This document shows, piece by piece, positions 31,108-47,309 of a stretch of DNA of 64,000 nucleotides (its first letter is position 1; every line of letters starts with the position of its first letter). Made by a program: the position numbers and the translations under genes. The notes beneath the pieces were generated by a model. The model was not told the origin of the DNA, made no database searches, and saw nothing but the letters and a program-made list of their open reading frames with translations. The stretch comes from the human T2T-CHM13v2.0 reference genome, Homo sapiens: NCBI RefSeq assembly GCF_009914755.1, contig NC_060935.1; one strand, given 5' to 3'.

Positions 31108-31293
31108 GATCCTTCATCAATTCTAAAAATACTTTTTCTTACATTTTTGACTGGTTGGAAACTAGGATGCATTTTATAATGGCATCTTAGCATTTTGTGA
31201 TAGTGTATTAGGAACCTCATTTTCTTTTTCTCAGTGGTACATAAAATACTTGTACATGTTAGAAATGATGGTGACATAGATTCCATGAAATGC
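31108..31293. mobile_element. Tc2-type MITE (MER104/Kanga-like)
   Basis: Degenerate TIRs TTCATCAATTCTAA ... TAGATTCCATGAAA; internal 'aaactaggatgcattttataat'. Confidence 0.5.
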
Positions 31294-31414
31294 AATCATT
31301 TGGTGTGGCTGTGGTAATAAGGGTTGGAAAGGTTGCAGTGAACCGAGATCGCATCACTGTACTGCAGCCTGGGCAACAAAGCGAGACTCTGTCTCTTAAC
31401 AGCTTTTGAGTCCC

Positions 31415-31795
31415 TGTGTGGTTCAAACTAGCTAGGTGCTCACCAAACCTATTTTGTTTTCTTCCTGGGCAAACAGGCCTTTCTCAGTTGTTACTGGGTC
31501 ACAACTAAATTATGGGGTCACAAACTAAATTATAATCAATAGATTGAGGACAGAAGTGATATAAGCCACTTTCAGACCTGGCCCATGGAATCCTTCCATG
31601 TGAGATCCTTCCATCTCCTTCTCCATCTGCAGGTTAAAAGGAGAAAGCTCTAAGAACAGAGGAGTCACAAGATGGAAGGAGCCTGGGTGCCCGAAACATT
31701 AAAGGCAGCTTAGCCAGGAATAACCATGTTGAACTGCTGTACACACAAGAAATAAACTTCATTTTTATTGAGCCACTGAAATTTGGGGGCTGGTA
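31415..31795 (+). mobile_element. Old MaLR LTR (MLT1-like)
   Basis: 'cagaagtgatataagccactt', 'agatggaaggagcctggg', 'agaaataaactt..tgagccactga'. Confidence 0.65.
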
Positions 31796-34264
31796 GGGAA
31801 GTTACCTGCTCTAAAACCTCCTGGTTCCGGCTGTACCTGTTCTTTTCATGGTTACATAAAATACCTCAGTATCCTTCCCACACATTCTCTCTTTACCCCA
31901 ATTAGAGTTGGGTTGCTTCCGTCCATAACTTAAAGAGTTCTAACACAGCCAGGAAGAATGAAGAGCTATCATTTGAAGCGGCAAGAAGGTGGAAGTAAGC
32001 AACGATCCCTAAGTGTCTTGGGAACACCTAGAAAATTTGTCAGAACAGGGTAATAATTCCAACAAACTGATGACAGTCCACGAAAGACCCTTTTCACTTT
32101 CCAAGGGCTTCTAGCTTTAAACTCATAAAGCACTTACAGTTAAAAAAAAAAAACAAAAACCCTCTTCCCCACCCTCATTTCATTCTCAGAAGCATGTATG
32201 AAGTTGTAATAGCCCTGACGTATGGTTTACCTACTAAGATACCCTCAGGAGTTCTCATCTAGCAAGTGAGATACACCTTATTTATCATACATAGCCAGCT
32301 CTGCTGTCCCAGAATCTATTGGAAAATGAATCACACATAGCTCTAAGAATTCAAATAATTACTCTGGGGTAAATAGTTCTGGGTATGAGTGTACAACCCT
32401 GGCTAGAGTTTTCAAAGATAAATATTCAACAATCACCAAAGCTTCTGGTAGCATTTACAATACTATAAATGAGATTACAAAAATAAACAGGAGAATGATG
32501 CCACAAATGCCTCCTTGAGCAATAATCAGGTTTGCCAGGAACTGGAGACCAGTGATGACAGAGCAGGCCTCCTGCTCAATTTCCAGAAACATTTCTCTTT
32601 GAGCCAAATTTGGTCTTTAAGAACAAGCTCTGGCATCTGTAAAACACGCTACAGGCTTGTTATAAAGCCCATTTATACTATATATTGAGTTACGTGACTC
32701 AGAACAGCAGCATGAAGCTGGGATTGTCATCAGTCCTTCCTTTTCAGCAATAAAAACAGGCTCAAACAGATCAAGTGCTCACAGCCCCAGGATTTGTGAC
32801 TTGAGCCAAGACTTAAGCTCTGATCTCCTGACCTCGGATCCTCTATCCATTTCGCTATAGCCCAAACTATGGAATACCAGGGAAGAGAAATGGCCTGGCT
32901 AGAGGAGACTTTTCCCCACTGCCATAATTCATCAACCCATGTTGGAAGCTAGTTTTCCATGTTGCATGCAGCCATGTGTGGGAACTTAACAGCAAGGGCT
33001 AAAGGGCCTGAGAGAGATGTCTGGCCTGCCTCCAAAGCCAGCTGGGAAAACATTCCCTGACAAGACACTGTGCCCACAGGGGAACACGAGAGAAGAAGGA
33101 GCCTGAGGCAGCAGATTAGAAGTGCTGAGCCTTCCATGTGATCCTGTCTTAATCTTATAGTTCAAGGCCTCTAAGAACCAGTTGACAAGGTCTCTCAGAA
33201 CTGCAAAGATAGAATCTGGAGCAAATGAGCTGAAGTTTTCCTTTGTTGGGGAGGGAGAAGGGATCCACTACAAACCTAGCTGACCTCAATCAGCATTCTC
33301 TCAGATGATTTTTATGAGCCACTTCTAAAAGACAAATTGCCAAGATCAAACACTCATACATTGACTGGGAAAAGAGACAGTGAGGTGCAAGGCAATATTA
33401 ATATATTAATGTTTTAGTAAAAAAACTTTCCCTGTGACTTGGTGATCTACCACCTCAGAGAGAAGACACAGGGAACTGGAGCTGTCCTTCAGTGTGTTAG
33501 AAAAGTTGAAGAGCTGGCCTCCCCTAACTATCATGAATCCCCTGGGCTCCATAGATGGAAGGGAGGCGTCTATGCCCTGCACCCTGGGTGGTTCCTCCAG
33601 AAATAGAAACTCTAGTGTTTTGAAGGAGCATGAAGTAGAGGAAGGAGCCTTAAACCACTGTTTAGTCTCCTTCCAGCTGTGACCTTAAGCAAGTCACAAC
33701 CTCTTTGAGCCTCAGTTTTTGTACTTATAAAGCCAGGATAAGAACACCTACATTACAGGATTGTGGGGAGGATCAAATAAAATTATAAATGCAAAGGGCA
33801 GAGCACAGCTGCTCAATTAATGGTTAGTGCCTAACTTTTGCCCCTCAACCTCCACTTCAATTTCTTAGTATTGAAATTGTATATTTAGTAATTCTAATCC
33901 TTAGTAACTCAGCGGTACTTAGTAATTTTGAGAAAATCACATATATTACCCAGTGTCTTGGCAATTTCACTTGCTTTTTTGAAGCATAACCATCTGTGAC
34001 TTTAGTTGTGAGCATCTCCAATAACTCTGGACCCTTGAGTCTCTTACTAATCTGCTCTATGCTTCCTAAATGCCTTCAAAAAAAAAAAAATCTAACCCAC
34101 AGGTCCCTTTTTAACCTTATAATCTTTCTCTAATCTGGAAGAGATTCTAAACCTTATAGATATTTGACAAATTGCTGGGAACTTAACTGTCATATATGAC
34201 TAAATTTTCCATAAGACTTAAAATAAAAAGTTTGCCAAAGTTTTAATGACTTTAATAAATAAGT

Positions 34265-34617
<353 letters not shown>

Positions 34618-35035
34618 TCATTATCTTCCTGGAGTCATTTCCTCTTAACATCCTCTCATCCTAGACAGGGTCAGGTGCCCCTCCTCTATGCTCCAGTAGT
34701 TATCTCTATGTACACTGCCAGCATTATGACCATACTGTATGATAATCATCTCTTTTACGTCTCTTTCTTTAGCCTACAATCTCCTTATAGTCAAAAACAG
34801 TGTGCTGTCAAATCTTGATTGCTACTACCCATGAGCACAGTATCTGGCATATAATAGATATAAAACTTGTGTTTGATGAATGAATAAATTAGGTTTTTAG
34901 ATCTGGGAGAAACTTTAGAAATAACCTGGTCTAATACAGGCCTTCATTTCACAGACAAGAAAGCTGAGCCTGTCCCTGGTCATCTAGGTGGCTAGGAAAA
35001 ACAACATTAACAACAACAACAAAAAAGAAAGTTGA

Positions 35036-35342
35036 GGCCACGCATGGTGGCACACCTCTGTAGTCCTAGTTACTGGAGAGGCCAAGGAGGAAGGATCACT
35101 TGAGCCCAAGAGTTTGAGACCAGCCTGGGCAATAGAATGAGACCCTGTGTCTACGAAAAAAAAAAATACAAAAATCAGCCAGATGTGGGGGTGTGCACCT
35201 GTAGCCCCAGCTACTCAGGAGGCTGAGGTGGGCAGACTGATTGAGCATGGGAGGTTAAGGCTGCAGTGAGTCGTGATCATGCCACTGCACTCCAGCCTGG
35301 GCAACAGAACAAGACCTTGTCTCAAAAACAAAAAAGAAAAAC
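35036..35342 (+). mobile_element. Alu (J-like)
   Basis: Alu consensus; TSD AAAGAAAG(T/C)TGA. Confidence 0.9.
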
Positions 35343-36059
35343 GAAAAGAAAGCTGAGCCTCAGAAATGTAAGGTATCCTCAGAAGCAGCAAGAAGATGGC
35401 AAGTGGTGGCGGCCAGGTGCCATTTTGACTGTAGTTCAAAAGCAGACATCACCTGGCACTCACCTGCAAGAAGAAGCGTGTGGCTTAGTGGACACAGCAT
35501 GGGCTCTATAGGAAAAGTCTTGCTCCTGCCACCTACCCGTCATGTGATTTTGGACAGGTTACTTCCTCTCTCTGAGTCACAATTTCTGCATCTGCATCTG
35601 CATCTGTTAATTGGAGCTATTAATAGCTCCAAAGTTGTTAGGGTTATTAAATCTGCCACCATACATAAAGTGCCTAGCATAGCACCTGGCACTATGTAAA
35701 TGTTTACTGAATGAATCATGAATGAGTACCTGTCCAGCACACCACAACTTCATGAACCTGGTTTAGACTTTGCTTTCAGGTCTCTGACCACAGCAAAGAT
35801 GGCTGGGACACCCACAATTATAGAACCATGAACTTGGAGATCTGTTCCTTGCAAGGACTGGACTTTAAAGCATGTCTATAACTTTGCTCACTGTTCCCTT
35901 CCCCTGAGTTGCCCTTCTCACCTTCCTCATTGACACACAAATTTTATCCATCTTCTGCTGCGCAGCCAGATCTACCCTGTCTTGGAAGCCATTTCTAACA
36001 CTTATTACTTCTCAGTCCTTCCTGTCTCACTGATCACTTTCTACCAAGTAGTAAAGGAG

Positions 36060-36461
36060 TGCTATGATTTGAATGGTTTGTGTCCTTTTCAAAATTCATG
36101 TTGAAATTTAATCCCCAATGCATCTGTATTTAGAGGTGGGAACTTTAGGAGGTAATTAGGCCATGAGCGCTCCATGCTTATGAAGGGATTAGCACCTTAC
36201 AAAAAGGGCTTGAAGGGGTGAGTTGTCCTTCTGTGCCTTCTACCATGTGACCACACATCCTTTGGAGGATGCAGGAACAAGGCACCATCCAAAGGGCACA
36301 AGAGTAGAAAAGCAGAGAGTATCCTTCAGCAGACACCAAGCCTGCTGGCGCCTGGATCTTGGACTTTTCCAGCCTCCAGAACTGTAAGAAATAAATTTCT
36401 GTTGTTCACAAATTACTCAGTCTCAGATATTTTGCTATAGTAGCACAAATGGACTAAGACA
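36060..36461 (+). mobile_element. MaLR LTR (MSTD/MLT1A-like)
   Basis: TGCTATGATTTGAATG...AATGGACTAAGACA. Confidence 0.82.
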
Positions 36462-36479
36462 TAAGGTGTATCTGTTTGG

Positions 36480-36936
36480 TTTTTTAGATATACATAACAT
36501 AAAATTTACCATCTTAACAATTTCTAAGTATACAGTTCAATAACATGAAGTATATTCACATTGATGTGCAGCCAATCTATAGAACTTTTTCATCTTCTAA
36601 AACTGAAACTCTACACCCACTAAACAGCTTCCCACTTCTCTCCTGCCCCCAGCTCCTGGTAACCACCATTTTACTTTATATTTCTTTGTATCTGACTACT
36701 CTAAATATCTCATATAATTGAAATCATACAAAATGTGTTTTTTTGTGACTGGCTTTTATTTCACTTAGCATAAGGTCTTCAAGGTCATCCACGTGGTGGC
36801 ATGTGTCACAACTTCCTTCCTTTTTAAAGCTGAGTAATATTCCACTGTATGTAAATACCACATTTTGTTTATCCATTCAACCATCAATGGGCACTTGGGT
36901 TGCTTCCATCTTTTGGCTATGGTGAATAATGCTGCT
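36480..36936 (-). mobile_element. L1M 3' fragment
   Basis: 'aaccaccattttactt', 'tttcacttagcataa', 'ccacattttgtttatccattca'. Confidence 0.8.
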
Positions 36937-38514
36937 AGGTGAACGCCTTAATCATAAAGATGTGTTTCAACCACCTCTATAGTTCTCAAGGTGCCTGACA
37001 TGTGATGGGCTCTCAATAAATACTTATCAAGTAAAAAAGGACTCAGCTTTCAAGATTATAAGGTGAAAAAATGAATCATCTTCCACATAAAATTGCAAAT
37101 TGTCCAGCAGAAAAATCACACAGCACAGACTCTGCAGTAAGACAGTCTTGATTTCTGGTCCTGGATCTGCCTCTTAGCTAGTCATACGATCTTAGGCATG
37201 CTACTTAAGTTTTCAGAGATTCAGTTTTCTCATGTGATTTTTGCCAAAATTAAATGATATAACATGTTAACACAGTGCTTGGCAGGTCATCAACTAAAAA
37301 AAAGTTTGCCAATATTATTATTATAAAGTTACAGAATGAAAATAACTTACTATACTTGCAAACATGCCATTTTGCTTCCTGACCATAATTTTAAAAGCAA
37401 AAAGCATGCAGAATTCTAAGACCAAACGATCTGTGGCAGGTAATAGTCAAAAAAGGACAGTTCCACAGCAGTAACAGTAAGTACAGATTTGTATCATTGA
37501 ATTTGGAATCTTGAGTTATACAGCTATAGCTCCTCAGAAGGTAGAAATTTTGTCACTTCAAAGGGACAGGCTTAAATGTTACACTAAGGATCTTCTTACT
37601 CAACAAAATAGTCTGTCTGATATCTCAGAAATGTTTTAAAATCCGGATCACTTGAGGGTTTTTTTTTTTTTTAGTGCTAAATCTATTTTGAATTTAATCA
37701 TTCATATTTTGAGGCTGTTAGCAAAAAGATGAAAAAATAGATTTTTATTACTATTTCAGACAGAAGTATATATTTTAATCTCTCTCAAAAGAAATTGAGC
37801 TCTCTACCCAACTTCCAATTCCTGTAGGACATGAATTCCTTTTCAGGTTGCTACCTAAATTTTCCAGGCCAGAAACATTCTTTCCAATGTTAACTCTTAG
37901 AAAGCAAAGTTCTTGAGTTTTGGAAGGAAAAGCTTATTCAAGTTTCTTTTGTCTGCCAAAACAATTAACATTTAACATGGCTAATTAAAATAGCTCTCTG
38001 CAACAAAATCAGAAACTGGGCGTTGGGTTGAGGGAGAGGAAAGGGAAGAAAAGGTAAGAGATAGTTGCCCAAATGCTAGTAGTGGCCCCAAAATGGCCCA
38101 GATGGAAAGGGACCATTACCCCTAGCTTTCCTAGGACAATCACAACTTCATATAAATTTAACACTATACTGAGATGATTTGTTAAGTGGATAACTAAATG
38201 TGATTTGATGTGTGTACTTTTAGAAACTTTGCAATTAAATGAATTTATAAATAAGAGAGAAAAGTATTCGTCAGACCATGAATTCCAATTGTGGATTCAG
38301 AACAATACTGTCACCATATGCCACAGGCCAATTTTAATTTGGCTCCCACATGATGGCTAAGAGCTACTGTCGGCTTTGCCCATCCTACAATGCCAGCCTG
38401 TACTGGGAAGCACACCAGGTGACAGGCACCACGCTGAGACCTGAGCCTTGTTTTACCCTTGCAACAAACCCTGTGCTCTAAGTATTGGCATCTCCCCTCT
38501 CACCATCTTTACCT

Positions 38515-39225
38515 CTTTATTTTTAATTAATTTCAGACTTACAAAAAGCTTCAAGAAAACTACTAATTACCCTTCACCCAGATTACTCAAATGCTTTACA
38601 TTTTCTTTATCATTCTCCCTCTGTAATGGACATTTCTTTACCCTGAAATACTTAGTATTTCCTAGAAAACAAGGACAGTCCTTGTGTTTCCACGGTATAA
38701 TTATCAAAATCAGGAAATTAACATTCATCCTATACTATTATCTAATCTCAACCCTTATTCAAACTTCACCAATTAACCAAATAATGGCCTTTATGGCAAA
38801 AAATAAAATAAAATTTCTCTAATATCCAATCCAGGATCATATGTTACATTTAGTTTTTAATGTGTCTTTAGTCACTTTTAATCTAGAACCATTCCTCAGT
38901 CTTTGTTTTTCATGACCTTTACTTTTTTGAAAAATACAGAAAAAAAATATTATGTAGAATGTTTCTCAATTTTGGTTTATCAGATATTTCCTTAGCTATT
39001 TCTGATTAGATCAGGTTCTGTATCTTTGGCAGGAATGCCACACGAGTGATACTGTGAACTTCTCAGATGTTGATTTGTCCCATCACTGGTGTAAACGTTG
39101 ATCACTTAAAGTGGTGTCTGCCTTGTTTCTCCACTGTGAAGTTACTATTTTCCTTGTAACTTGTAATTTCCTTGTAACTATTTTCCTTGTAATAAGTACC
39201 TTGTGAAGAAACATTTTGAGACTAG
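38515..39225 (-). mobile_element. L1MC/ME 3' fragment
   Basis: 'caaaatcaggaaattaacatt', 'ccaatccaggatcat..tacatttagtt', 'tttggcaggaat'. Confidence 0.65.
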
Positions 39226-39414
39226 ACATCCCCTATTATAGATGAAGAACCTGAGTCTCAGAGCAGTTATGACTTGCCCAAGATCGTGTAGCATGAAAAT
39301 GCCATAACACAAATTCAAACTCCAGTTTGTAGGCTCTCACACTTGGGATCTTTTTAAAGCATCCCTCTGTCTCCTGACCAGCCACCAATGGCTAAAGCAG
39401 CCTTCTCTAATGTC

Positions 39415-39698
<284 letters not shown>

Positions 39699-40303
39699 TC
39701 TTTCCAGGGTTTCTGTGTGCAAAATCGAATATATTTTCTTATCCTCAATTTAGTTCACAAATATATACTGTTCTGCACCTTCCTTCTTTCTTTTAATATA
39801 TCCTTGGAGATTTTTCCATATCTGTACTTAGAGAACACCCTAATTCTTGTTTGCAGTTTCATAGTTTTCCCTTGTGTATACATACCCATTTATTTAACCA
39901 GTTCCCTACTGATACACATTTAAGGTGGTTTCCAATTATTTGCTATTAGCAACAATGATGCAAGGATTGTGCTTTCTTTTTAAATTGGTTTCAGCAAGTG
40001 ACATTCTGTTCATGGTCCAACAGGATGCAGTGTGGAGTAGCAGGAACCAAGTAGCAGGACCAGCTTGAGTTAATCAAAACTGGGTTTTCATCTGGCCACC
40101 TCTGCTAACTAGGTATACGACCCTGGGAAAGTTACCTGTAGTTTCTGAGCCTTCATTTACTCACTTGTAAGTGCAAAATCTCGCCTACTTTATCAGATTG
40201 CTTTTGGGGCCAAATAAATAAGATAGGCTCACAATAGCTACATTTGGGACAATTTGAATATCAGAAAGCATAAGGTTGAGGGGGAAAAAAGGCAAGAAGA
40301 TTA

Positions 40304-40744
<441 letters not shown>

Positions 40745-41158
40745 TTAGAAAATCATCCCTTCATGAATACCAATTGACCGAGGCCAGGATTATCGATAGA
40801 TGTTAAAACTTTTGAATTAAAGTTATTGAGGAACAGGATACTCAAACAATCTCAAGATATCACCTCACAGATAATTTTATTAATTACAAAGGGAAAAGGG
40901 TGCCCTTTCAATGGAGAGATCTGGCAATACCACCTCAACCAAATGATCAAACCTCATGTCACCAGTGATGTTACAAACTGACATTAGGTGTCACCTATGA
41001 TGCACGGGGAGGGATAGAACATTGCAAAAAATTCTCACCACAAGTGTTTAACTTGAATCTAATAATGAGAAAACAATCAGACAAATCCAATTCACAGACA
41101 ACAAACTTGGAATCTTCAAAAATTTCAATATCATAAAAGGCAAAAAAGGCAAGGGTAC

Positions 41159-41774
41159 TGTGGTGGTTAATTTTAGGTGTCAACTTGATTAGATTAAGAA
41201 ATACCTAGAAACCTAGTAAAGCATTATTTGGGGGTGTGTCTGCAAGACTGTTTCCAGAGGAGATAAGCATGTCTCAGTGGACCAGGTGTGGAAGAACCAC
41301 CACCAATGTTGGTGGGCACCATTCAGTCTGCTGGGGGCCTGGAGAAAACAAAAGCAGAGAAAAGGCGAATATGTCAAGCTGTCTGCTGGAGCTGAAATAC
41401 ACTACACTCTTCCTCTCCTGTCCTCGGACAACAACTCCAGGCTACCTGGCCTTTGGACTCCAGGACTTAACACCAGCAGCCCCCCAGTCTCTGGGTCTTC
41501 AGCCTCAGACTGAGAGTTCCACTGTCAGCTTCCCCAGTTCCAAGGACTTTCAACTTGGACTGCACTAAGCTACCAGCATCCCAGGGTCTCCAGCTCATAG
41601 ACAGCCTGTCATGGGACTTCTCAACCTCCATAATCACACGAGCCTATCGCCCTAACAAATCTCTTCCCACCTCTCTCTCTCTCTCTCTCTTTCTCCCTCT
41701 CTCTCTGTCTATCCATCCATCAATCCATCCATCCATCCTATTGGTTCTGTCTCTGGAGAACACTGACTAATACA
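41159..41774 (+). mobile_element. ERVL solo LTR (MLT2B/D-like) inside an L1ME relic
   Basis: TGTGGTGGTTAATTTTAGGTGTCAACTTGA...CTGACTAATACA; 5-bp TSD GGTAC/GGTAA; internal (CT)n/(CCAT)n. Confidence 0.85.
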
Positions 41775-42149
41775 GGTAATATGCTACATTAAAGGAAACT
41801 AAAGAACACAACTGTATTGGGTAAGTAGTCTTGATAAGATTCTGGATCAGAAAAATTTTTTAAAAGTTATAAAGGACATTGGAACGACTGAGGAAATCAG
41901 AAAAATATGATTGTTTCCATGTAATGGTATTGTGATTACATGGGAGAATGTCCTTGTTCTTAGGGGATATATGCTTAAGGGCCTAGAGACAAAGCATGGC
42001 GATATCTGCAACTTACTTTCAAGTGGTTTAGAAAAAGTATCTGTGTGTGTGCACACGTGTGTGTGTATGTGTGTAAAGACAAAAGCAAATTAATCCAGAT
42101 AAAAGGTACATGGAATGTTTTTCGTTTGTTTTTTGTTTTTTTAGGTGGG

Positions 42150-42301
42150 ATTTTTTTCTTTCTTTTCTTTTTTTTTTTTTTTTTTTTTTTTAAAGATGGG
42201 GTCTTACAACGTTGCCCAGGCTGCTCTTGAATTCCTGGGCTCAAGCATTCTTCCTGTTCCTGAGTAGCTGGGACTACCAGTGTGCACCACAGTGCCTGGC
42301 T
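42150..42301 (-). mobile_element. Alu monomer (FLAM-like) with long T tract
   Basis: Single arm. Confidence 0.8.
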
Positions 42302-43037
42302 TCACTGTACTATTTTTGCAATTGCTCTAAAGGTTTGAAAGGTTTCGAATTAAGTTGGAAAAAGAATCAAATAAAACATAAACCACCTGGCACCCAGTAG
42401 ATGCTATGACAGTTCACATTATGGCTCCAGTGAACAAAAGGTCTACAGAAAACTCTTCCCCCGTGCCTGAAAATAACATGAACCATATGAAAGTAAATGC
42501 CACCAGACGGTCCTGGCTTCATGAAGCTTATATTTTCAATCAGAAGGCAAGGCAAGAACAGGAAGCAGCTACAGAAACAGTATAGTTTTGGTTTCAGAAA
42601 GCCTACCTAGGGTCTATATCTGCATTTTTCAGAGTGGGAGGGGAGGGCTAGGTCATGTCGAAAAACAAAACAAGTTTACTTAACCTTACTGAAAATTGGT
42701 TCCTCATTTGTATGTAAAAAATTGAGCTAAATTCTACTGCCTAGAATTGAGATAATAAGACAGCATCCACAATACAACTTTGTAGAGCATCTTTTATTGA
42801 AGACTCTCATTAAAAGATATTAGTTTCCTACAATTAAAGTGGTGAACAAGGAAAGCACTCAGATGGTTCCACCTTTGTTTTTTTATCAGAATACCCAGCA
42901 CAGGACCTTGCATTTAGCACACAAACACTGGCTGAAGAAGGAACAATTAGACAACATGAGACAGAATTCCTTTCAAAAAGTCATTCAGCCTACAAAGGCC
43001 ACTGGAGTTAAAGGAAAGACTAGTATGAACTTGCTCA

Positions 43038-43598
<561 letters not shown>

Positions 43599-44574
43599 TT
43601 AGGGCAAAGTGACTCACTGATGGCCACTCCTAAGCTCACACCTGCTTCTCTAAAGAAAAATGCCAAAAATCTGCCCTTTGATTGCTTCTACTGAAATTCA
43701 GAAAAATGAACACTCGGGCCTTTTAACCACCTGCTTCAGATATTTTAAAAGTGGAGCTTAAATTCTCTTTGCAATGTGGTTGCATGACTGAGATGTAGAG
43801 GAAGTGAGCAGAAGATATTTTCATTTCAAGGTTGATGACGTCCACATTTTAGTGAAGTTAACTAACCGTAACTAGAAAATAAAATTTTTCTGCAGAATTC
43901 TCTGGGGAAAACTCTTGACTGCTTTATTGTTTCAGTTCACTTTTTAAACACTGTACTGTGTTGCAGGCAGGGATAAAGTATTTCTCTCTTCCAGGGATTT
44001 CTACATTATTTACACATCAACTTTTATTACCACCATCACAAAAACCAGCAGGAACTCCGTAGTTCAATTTTTGCCCCCGTTCTGTTCACCCTTCGCAACT
44101 AGCTTCCCTTAGTAAAAGAGTTCAGCCCAAGTGGCTAATGGACTTGGCAAAGGTATGTAGAGTTAGCCCTCTCAACATTGCTGACAAGAATTTAAATCAG
44201 GGGGCAATGCTAGTGCCCTTGGACTCAGCATTTCTGCCCCCTGAAAGATATCTTACAGAAATATTCCCACAAATTCATAATAAAATGAGGTACTCAAAGG
44301 CTCACTGTAGCACAGTTCCCAACAACCATTAAAACAGGTAAGTTGGAGCAATATGCAAATACATGGGGGAAATGCCCAAAATATATTAAGTAAAAGAGAA
44401 CAAGCAGAATTACATGTGCTATAATAATATTGCTAGTACACATATGGGGAAAAATGACAGAAGAATACACATCAAAATCTAACAGTTGATTATCTTTGTG
44501 GGTAGAATTAAAGAGGACTTTCCCTATACAGTCCATGTGTTTTTCTGTAATGAATTTTAATTAATCTTATGTTA

Positions 44575-44865
44575 TTTCTTTCTTTTCTTTTTTTAAGACA
44601 AGGTCTCATGATCAGGGCTCACTGCAGCCTTGACCTCTGGGGCTTAAGGGATCCTCCTGCCTCAGCCGCACCCTTCCCCATAGCTGGGACACAGGTGTGC
44701 GCCACCACACCCAGCTAAAAAATACAAAAATATCTTCATATTTTTTGTAGAGACAGAGTTTCACCATGTTGCCCAGGCTGGTCTCAAAGTCCTGGACTCA
44801 AGCAATTCACCTGTCTCAGCCTCCCAAAGTGTTGGGATTACAAGCATAAGCCACTGCGCCCAGCC
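44575..44865 (-). mobile_element. Alu (J-like)
   Basis: Alu consensus; TSD AATCTTATGT. Confidence 0.9.
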
Positions 44866-45535
44866 AATCTTATGTCAATTCTAGAATCAAAAAACAAATT
44901 TGAGATATATATTTAGGTACCTTTTCCCTTCGATTTGGGAACAGCTAATGTTCCTCCTGCATTGCTCCCTCTAGTAATGTCACACATAGAGTGCCAGCTG
45001 TAGAAGTTTCCAGTCACAGAATACAGGATTGTATTTAGAAAGGATATAAAACAACACTTACAATGTCCCAAAAAGTGGTATCCCAGCCCATAGGCTGATT
45101 AAATACTTGAAATGACCAGGAAAATCACTACCTCCTGAAGCAGCCCTTGATGTGTTCTAGCTTTGCTATGACATTCCTGAAGACATTCAGGAACGCCAGC
45201 TGATCATATACCAATATCTACAACGTGTCAGGTTAAACAAATGGAATCATTATCACATCCAAGAAAACTAACATTGTTACTGATTATCTAATATGTAGCT
45301 CCCATTCAAATTTCCCCGATTATCCTGAAAATGTCTTTTGTAGCTTTTTTTTTTAAGTCCAGGATCCAATCTAGGATTACATGTTCCATTTGGTTGTCAT
45401 ATCTCTTTAGTCTCCCTTAATATAGATTGTCGTCCCTCATACCTTCCATTTTTGTTGTCTTTCATGCGTGACATTTTTGAAGATCATAAGCCAGTTATTT
45501 TGCAGTATGTCCCACAATCTGGATTTGTCTGATTA

Positions 45536-46018
<483 letters not shown>

Positions 46019-47013
46019 CCATGGTTAGATTTAAGTTAAGCATTTCTGGCAAAAATTCTACATCAGTGATGTTGTGTACTTCCCATTGAATCAGGTTGTG
46101 TAGTTACACTAAATTATCTTTTTCCTCATTTTGTCACTGTGGATACTAAACAAGCACCACCCAATAAATAAAATGTTTAAAAGGATAAATAATGTTAAAA
46201 ACAGCTACCATGAGCACCAGCTATACCAAGCATAGTGTCAGACATTTAAAACACATGATCTCATCATGTGAACCTCCCAACAACCTTACAAAGAAACAGA
46301 GGCTCAAAGAGATTAAGTAATTTGCTCAAGGACACACGCGTATGATACAAAAATATGTGCATGTACGTATGAACTCCAGCACATAAATATGTATACGTAT
46401 ACAATTTAACATGATCTCAAAGGTTCATGGTCTTCCTGAGGACCTTTCAGGCATGAATTAAGAACTGCTACGTTAGGCTAATCTTGAGGAGGCCTACGTA
46501 GTTCTCAAAAGTTGGCTTCCTATAAGGAAAAAACTAAAAATAAATTAACTGTGGTCCATATTAAATTCCTCCATACTTGGAAATGCCCTTATTTGGAGAT
46601 GGATCACATTTCCACCACAGCCAAGAAAATAGGGCAATGGTTCCCTAAATTATTACACTATTCTGATGTTTCATTTCTGCAACAAAATGAGAAAACCCAA
46701 TGTAGAGAATTTTTCATAAAGCTAAATATATTTTCTATGAGATAAAAGTGAGGAGGCATTTTCAATTTACTACAGAAGAATAACTATTGTTCACAGTACA
46801 TTCAATTTTATTTTTTGTAATTTTACTAATCTATATAATTCAAAACTCTGAGACCCATTGATTCAGGGAACTCTGTGCAATTAGAATGATTTTTTTGAGA
46901 AACTGACTTGAATAAAGGAAGTTCAGCCCAAAAAGAAACCAGATCTGAAATATTTCTGAATTTCCCTAAAAGTGATCACAAAATATCTCAAAAGCTGAAA
47001 GTGTCAAGAATAC

Positions 47014-47309
47014 TTTTTTTTGTTTTGAGACAGAGTCTCACTCTGTGGCCCAGAGTAGAGTGCCATGGCACAATCTCGGCTCACAGCAGCTTCCGCCTCC
47101 TGGGTTGAAGTGATTCTCCTGCCTCAGCCTCCTGAGTAGCTGGGACTACAGGCATGCACCACTACACCCCCGCCTAATTTTGTATTTTTAGTAGAGACGG
47201 GGTTTCACCATGTTGGCCACGCTGGCCTTGAACTCCTGACCTCAGGTGATCCACCCACCTCAGCCACCCAAAGTGTGGGGATTACAGGCGTGAGCCACTG
47301 TGCCTGGCC
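47014..47309 (-). mobile_element. Alu (S-like)
   Basis: Alu consensus; TSD AGAATAC. Confidence 0.92.
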
